A DNA stretch of 64,000 bases from Mobula birostris (Eukaryota), in the NCBI RefSeq assembly GCF_030028105.1, contig NC_092370.1, forward strand, positions 114,230,443-114,294,442. Reading direction: 5' to 3'. The notes beneath the pieces were generated by a model, which saw only the letters and a list, made by a program, of their open reading frames with translations, had not been told where the DNA came from and searched no databases. The first letter of the stretch is position 1, and each line of letters begins with the position of its first letter. Positions 60,141-64,000 of this stretch are shown piece by piece. A program made the position numbers and the translations under genes.

Positions 60141-60577
60141 CTGTCCCAGATCGCACAGTAGTAAAGCCCTGCGTCCATTTTCTCGATGTCCCTTATGTCC
60201 AGCAAGCTTGCCTTTTCCTGTTCCAAATTTTCGGCGACGAATCTGTCTGGTGAACCCTTGTCCCGAACTATTCCTGAATTGCCTTGGACATACAGGATGC
60301 GGTGTATGCCGAGGCTCCCGCCGTCTCGGTACCAATGCACAGCAGTTTTACCAAAATCTTTCGTGTTAATGTTGCAGCGAAAGCGAGCCGTCTTGCCTAC
60401 CTCTCTGGTGATGGATATCTTGGACTGGAGCACAGACTGGGAAAGGCAGCCACCTGTTTAATGAAGATCACAGTTACTTTGGGCTCAGAGAGAACATGAA
60501 ACTTAAAATGAGCCAAATCGGAAGTACTCACAGAAGCATGCCAGGAACACCGGCAGCGCCGCTCTCCCTGCTCCCAT
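60141..60577 (-). CDS. TRGV: TCR gamma-type V segment V-B2, apparently functional. Leader 60577-60532, 78-nt intron, V exon 60453-60141
   Basis: Spliced MGAGRAALPVFLACFCGCLS-QSVLQSKISITREVGKTARFRC...VHWYR...RILYV...DAGLYYCAIWD. GTGAGT donor, AG acceptor, intact RSS. Confidence 0.88.
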
Positions 60578-61400
60578 GGCCAAACTCTGGCGCTTGGTGA
60601 AGTGGACAAGATGAAAAGGCTCGCTCGGGGAAATGACGCGGGTTTCCGCTCCGCGTCGTCTTCACCAGATGTGTCAACTTTCGACTGACTGCGATTGGCG
60701 GAAATATCTCAGTGCACGGAGAACGAGTTCCTCTTCGGTTCTAAACGCGGTTGCATAAAGCAGGTCGTACCTTAATCAACGCAGTGGAACTCAGCTGGCC
60801 AGGAAGCATCGATGAAGGGAAATGAACAGTCAACTTTTCGGGCTTGTTGATGCAGGGTTTCAAGCTGAAACGGCAACAGTTCCCTCCCACGCAGATGCTG
60901 CTCGACCAGCTGAGTTCCTTAGATGACTGTTGGAAAGCAAGGCAAGTGTTTCCAGTTGGCGCACAGCAAGATTCCGCAAACATTGATGAGTGAAAGGACG
61001 AAATGCATTAGCTGGTGATTATTCCAATAAAACCACCAATCCCTTGTTCCATGTGAATTATTCGACGTGAAGATTTAATATATACAACGTTCTTTCCCCC
61101 AAACTAGTCCTATCGACTAACGCCGGCTGAAAGTACTGCACCAAACTTTCCTTTATTTCATTGGTGGCTGACCTTCCGCTCTTTGAACCCTGGCATCACC
61201 GCCTTACTGTCCAAATAAACCTCTCCACTACCAGACCCACTACACCCGCCTTTCCACCAACATGCTAGGTATGCTGTCTGTTTGAAATTAAGACCACTGC
61301 TGTGAAACTTTGGGATGTGTTGTACACGTTGTACTCTCCCTCTGATAAACTTCCCCTAAAGTGTAAAAGGAGTCGTGCTTTTCCAGCGTTTATGACGAAT

Positions 61401-61548
61401 AAACTCTTCCCGGGCTTCCAGCCGGTTATAGGCATCGATTATAACCGAAGTTACGACGACAAGTCTGCCATTTTCCATGATGAAGATAGAAGAGTTTGTC
61501 ATCGAAACGTCGGTTCTAATCGATAACTGTACCCGGCAGGAAGCCAGA
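61401..61548 (+). mobile_element. Short palindromic Penelope-like remnant with inverted ends and a hammerhead-like core
   Basis: TCTTCCCGGGCTTCCAGCCGG pairs imperfectly with CCGGCAGGAAGCCAGACAAGA. Internal CC-ATGATGA...GAAAC-GTC-GG at 61475-61513. Confidence 0.5.
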
Positions 61549-61729
61549 CAAGACTTTCTTTCCCTGAAGTAGATCCATCAGGCAGACACAGCATGGATTT
61601 AGGAAAGCAGATCGTGGCAAACTTACTGGAGTTTTTTGCGAATATAACAAGCGCAGGAGATAGAAGGGAATAGGCGGATGTTGTATGCTTGGATTTACAT
61701 GAAGTGTTCTAAAAGGTGCCGCATAACAG

Positions 61730-64000
61730 CAAAATGAGTTTAAAGGAGACAGCTGTGTAGAGCGGGTGCCTGAGGAGCGGGCAACGGAGTAGAGGGAAAC
61801 AGAGTAGCAGGGCTTTGGTTCAACGGGGCTTCGGCGATAACTGACCGAGGCGAGGTTCGGTGCTTGTTCAGACAGACAAGAGGTATGTGTGAGAGGCCGG
61901 TTTCCTGTGCTTGCTGTTAGATGTGGGAAGTCCTGGAGACTCCCAGTCTTCCGGATGGCCACATCTGCGCCAAGTGCGTCGAACTGCAGCTCCTTAGGGA
62001 ACGGGAGCTGCAGCTCGACGACATCCCTCTGGTCAGGGAGAGTGAGGAGGTGATAGATAGGAGTTATAGGCAAGTAGTCTCACCGGGGCCTCGGAAGACA
62101 GATAAGTGGGTGACAGTCAGGGGAGGGAATGCAAGAGTCTGCTGCGAGAGAGTACCCCATGTGGCTGTCCCCCTTACCAATAAGTACTCCTGCTTGAGTA
62201 CTGTTGGAGGGGAGGCCTACCTGGCGGAAGCAACAGTGGCCGTGCCTCTGGCACAGAATATGGCCTCGAAGCTCACAAGGGTAGGAAAAGCAAGAGGTTG
62301 ACAGCTGTAATAGGGGATTCTATAGTTAAGGGGTCAGACAGGCGATTCTGCGGACGCAAGAAAGAAAAACGAATGGTAGTTTGCCTCCCAGGTTGTCAGG
62401 GTCCGGGATGTTTCTGATCGCGCCTACGATGTCCTGAAATGGGAAGGAGAACAGCCAGAGGTCGTGGTACATACTGGTACCAACGACCTAGGTAGGAAAA
62501 GGGAGGAGGTCCTGAAAACAGAGCACAGGGAGTTAGGAAGAAAGTTGAGAAGCAGGATCTCAAAGATAGTAATCTCTGAATTACTGTGTGCTACGTGACA
62601 GTGAGTATAGGAATAGAATGAGGTGGAGGACAAATGCGTGGCTGAGAGAATGGAGCAGGGGGCAGCGATTCAGATTATTGGATCATTAGGATCTCCTTTG
62701 GGGCAGGTGTGACCTGTACGAAAAAGGCAGGTTGCACTTGAATCCGAGGGGGAGCAATATCCTGGCGGGGAGGCTTGCTACAGCTATTGGGGTGAGTCTA
62801 AACTAGATTTGCTGGGGGTGGGAACCAAACTGAAGAGACGGAGGAAGAGGCGGTTGGCTCACAAATAGAGGAAGATGATAGACAGTGCGTGAGGGAGGAT
62901 AGGTAGGTGATAGAAAAGGGACGCGCTCAGACCGATGGCTTGAGATGTATATATTTTAATACAAGGAGTATTATGAACAAAGAGCATCCAACTTAGAGTG
63001 AGGATCAGTTCTTAGAGCTATGATGTGCGGCCATTACAGAGACTTGGATGGCTCAGGGTCGGGAATGGTTACTTGAAGTGCCAGGCTTTAGATGTTTCAG
63101 AAAGGACAGACAGGGAGGCAAAAGAGGTGGGTGCGTGGCACTGCTGATCGGAGATAGTGTCACGGCTGCAAAAAGGAGGAAGTCACAGAAGGATTGTCTA
63201 CGGAGTCTCTGTGGGTGGAGGTTAGGAACAAGAAGGGGTCAATTACTCTCCTGGGTGTTTTTTATAGTCCACCCAATAATAACAGGGACATCAAGAGGCA
63301 GATAGAGAAACAGATTCTGGAAAGGTCTAATAATAACCGGGTTGTCTTGGTGGGAGATTTTAATTTCCCAAATGTTGATTGGTATCACCCCAGAGCAAGG
63401 GGTTTAGATGGCGTGGAATTTGTTAGGTATGTTCAGGAAGGTTTCTTGGCACAATATGCAGAAAAGCCTACCAGAGGAGAGCCTGTACTTGATCTGGTAT
63501 TGGGAAATGAACCTGGTCAGATGTCAGATCTCTCAGTAGCAGAGCATTTTGGAGATAGTGATCACAATTCTATATGCTTTACCATAGCATTGGAGAAGGA
63601 TAGGAACTGACAAGTTAGGAGAGCACTTAATTGGAGTAAGGAGTAATATGAGGCTACCAGGCAGGAACTTAGAAGCATGAATTGGGAACCGGTGTTCTCA
63701 GGGAAATGTACGGCAAAAATGTGGCAAATGTTCAGGGGCTATTTGTGTGGAGTTCTGCATAGGTACGTTCCAATGAGACAGGGAAAGGATGGTAAGGTAC
63801 AGGAACCGTGGTGTATAAAAGCTGTTTTAAATCTAGTCAAGAAGAAAACATGAGCTTACAAAAGGTTCAAAAGACTAGGTAATGAAGGAGATCTTGAAGG
63901 TTATAAGGCTAGCACGAAGGGGCTTAAGAATGTAATTAGGAGAGCCAGAAGGAGCCATGAGAATGCCTTGGCGGACAGGGTTAAGGAAAACCCCAAGGCA
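61730..64000 (+). mobile_element. CR1 LINE with 5' UTR, ORF1 and the start of ORF2, disrupted, running off the right edge
   Basis: ORF1 MWEV...HICAKCVELQLL, esterase motifs IGDSIV and TGTNDLG. ORF2 endonuclease LWVEVRN...FYSPP...GDFNFP...SDHN. Confidence 0.92.

Larger units (their letters stand above)
44491..61405. repeat. Segmental duplication, copy 2 of the [V-A, V-B] unit
   Basis: Same anchors as copy 1. Flank identity is roughly 75-80% by eye. Lacks several copy-1 insertions and carries its own. Confidence 0.93.

Overview
Eukaryotic DNA, most likely from a cartilaginous fish (inferred from V-gene style and the repeat landscape of CR1, Rex1/Babar, Penelope-like, V-SINE and Tc1 elements). 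The window holds part of a T-cell receptor gamma-type V cluster with four minus-strand V segments. Each has a split leader, a phase-1 intron and a 3' RSS. They form a tandem duplication of a [V-A, V-B] unit: copy 1 ~15000-37290, copy 2 ~44490-61405. V-A1 (17843-18266), V-A2 (46583-47006) and V-B2 (60141-60577) look intact. V-B1 (36083-36508) is a pseudogene with a TAG stop and a CAT heptamer. I found no J or C segment. The first 14.7 kb is a 33-bp minisatellite (~447 units, ~6.2-kb higher-order repeat) that is strongly G/C-skewed and dense in RGYW/WRCY motifs. It ends in an LTR-like terminus at 14999, and the matching site in the paralogous copy is empty. The rest is nested transposon debris, datable by comparing the two copies. 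It includes decayed hammerhead-ribozyme motifs from Penelope-like elements and one unidentified decayed ORF present in both copies. All alignments, counts and identities were done by eye.
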